A DNA stretch of 64,000 bases from Chloroflexota bacterium (lineage in GTDB: Bacteria > Chloroflexota > Limnocylindria > Limnocylindrales > CSP1-4). Below the pieces are notes generated by a model. It did no database searches. It was not told the DNA's origin and saw nothing but the letters and a program-made list of their open reading frames with translations. The stretch spans positions 59,492 to 123,491 of the forward strand of contig JBFMAT010000003.1 in NCBI GenBank assembly GCA_040755495.1, read 5' to 3'. A program made the position numbers and the translations under genes. Position 1 is the stretch's first letter. Every line of letters begins with the position of its first letter. Of the stretch, positions 63,418-64,000 are shown in pieces.

Positions 63418-64000
63418 GCGCCGCCACGTCCTCCGGCAGCAGGAACCAGCGCAGGCCCTCGAAGTCGGGGCCGACCTCGCCCGGATCGAGGGTCGGCGCC
63501 GCCAGGCTCCGCGGCCGGTCGGCGAGCAGGGCTCGCGCCTCCTCGAGGTACCCCGTGAGCCGCGACTCCGGCTCGTGGCGGCGGTGGCCGTCGTACGCCA
63601 TCCGCCCGTCCGCGTAGCGGATGTCGCGCAGCGAGAGCGGCGGCTCGGGCAGCCCGGCGCGGTGGCGCCACAGGCCGCTGGCCGCGTCGAACGCGTACTC
63701 GGGCAGCAGTCGCCACCCCTCGCTCGCGACCAGGTCCACGGCGTCGAGGATGAACTCGAACACGGCCTCGCTGATGAAGTAGTTGAAGTTGACCCGGACC
63801 CAGCCGGGCTTGATCCCCTCGCAGCCGCGGGCGATCTCGCGCTCGAACTCGTGGCTGGTCTCGAGATCGATCCCCAGCAGCCGGTGGCCATACGGCCCGG
63901 CACACGAGCAGCCGCCCCGCGACTGGATGCCGAACAGGTCGTTGAGCAGCGCGACGACGAAGTTGTGGTGGAGGTACCGCCCGGCGTGGCGGACGACGAA
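63410..64000 (-). CDS. C-terminal part of a class V aminotransferase-fold (cysteine-desulfurase-like) protein; 5' end lies beyond the window
   Basis: Track ORF 63410..63763 extends in frame, with no stop, to position 64000. My translation of 64000-63764 gives FVVRHAGRYLHHNFVVALLNDLFGIQSRGGCSCAGPYGHRLLGIDLETSHEFEREIARGCEGIKPGWVRVNFNYFISEAV. The GGCSCAGPYGH motif is characteristic of this family. Confidence 0.7.
   Translation of the reverse strand, partial: FVVRHAGRYLHHNFVVALLNDLFGIQSRGGCSCAGPYGHRLLGIDLETSHEFEREIARGCEGIKPGWVRVNFNYFISEAVFEFILDAVDLVASEGWRLLPEYAFDAASGLWRHRAGLPEPPLSLRDIRYADGRMAYDGHRRHEPESRLTGYLEEARALLADRPRSLAAPTLDPGEVGPDFEGLRWFLLPEDVAARG

Overview
Very GC-rich, gene-dense chromosomal segment of actinobacterial type (about 75 protein genes, 2 tRNAs, 1 riboswitch). 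I found no rRNA, CRISPR array, transposase, integrase or prophage genes. Many neighbouring genes are translationally coupled through 4-nt NTGA start/stop overlaps, and several promoters sit 6-9 nt from the start codon (leaderless geometry). Contents from left to right: copA (partial), a PAP2-like protein and a GNAT; a dapB-dapA-dapD-lysA lysine operon; ogt; an MFS transporter with a cNMP-binding domain next to a 1110-aa Zn-ribbon/class III cyclase/STAND-ATPase/TPR protein; a secreted Cys-rich protein; a Pro-rich tandem-repeat protein; a six-gene coupled operon built around 2-oxoacid:ferredoxin oxidoreductase korAB flanked by CBS-domain proteins; EamA, an aldolase and alr; a receiver/GAF/GAF-histidine-kinase set; proline dehydrogenase and proC; fdxA; a cupredoxin lipoprotein; a potABCD-like transporter; dksA/TraR and threonine dehydratase; ctaG divergent from a ctaC-ctaD-ctaE oxidase operon followed by tlpA and an ABC-2 exporter; a padR pair; initiator tRNA-Met; a miscellaneous block ending at tRNA-Lys; an FMN-riboswitch-controlled ABC transporter (RibXY-like); an FGGY kinase; and a partial class V aminotransferase-like gene. 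The most unusual observations are: (1) amicyanin-like blue-copper domains fused to oxidase subunit II and to a subunit IV-like membrane protein, with no cytochrome c motif in the operon; (2) two unannotated 32-34 aa micro-ORFs that share a C-terminal VVDGAKRW and differ there only at synonymous sites; (3) a candidate Lys-codon leader peptide and attenuator upstream of dapB; (4) the adjacent cyclase (writer) and cNMP-MFS (reader) pair; (5) two genes that seem to start at CTG inside a CTGA overlap; (6) long convergent intergenic regions filled with inverted and direct repeats. All coordinates outside the ORF track were counted by hand. Between about 61440 and 62100 my count was 1 nt higher than the ORF track, so features there are given in track coordinates and are good to +/-2 nt.
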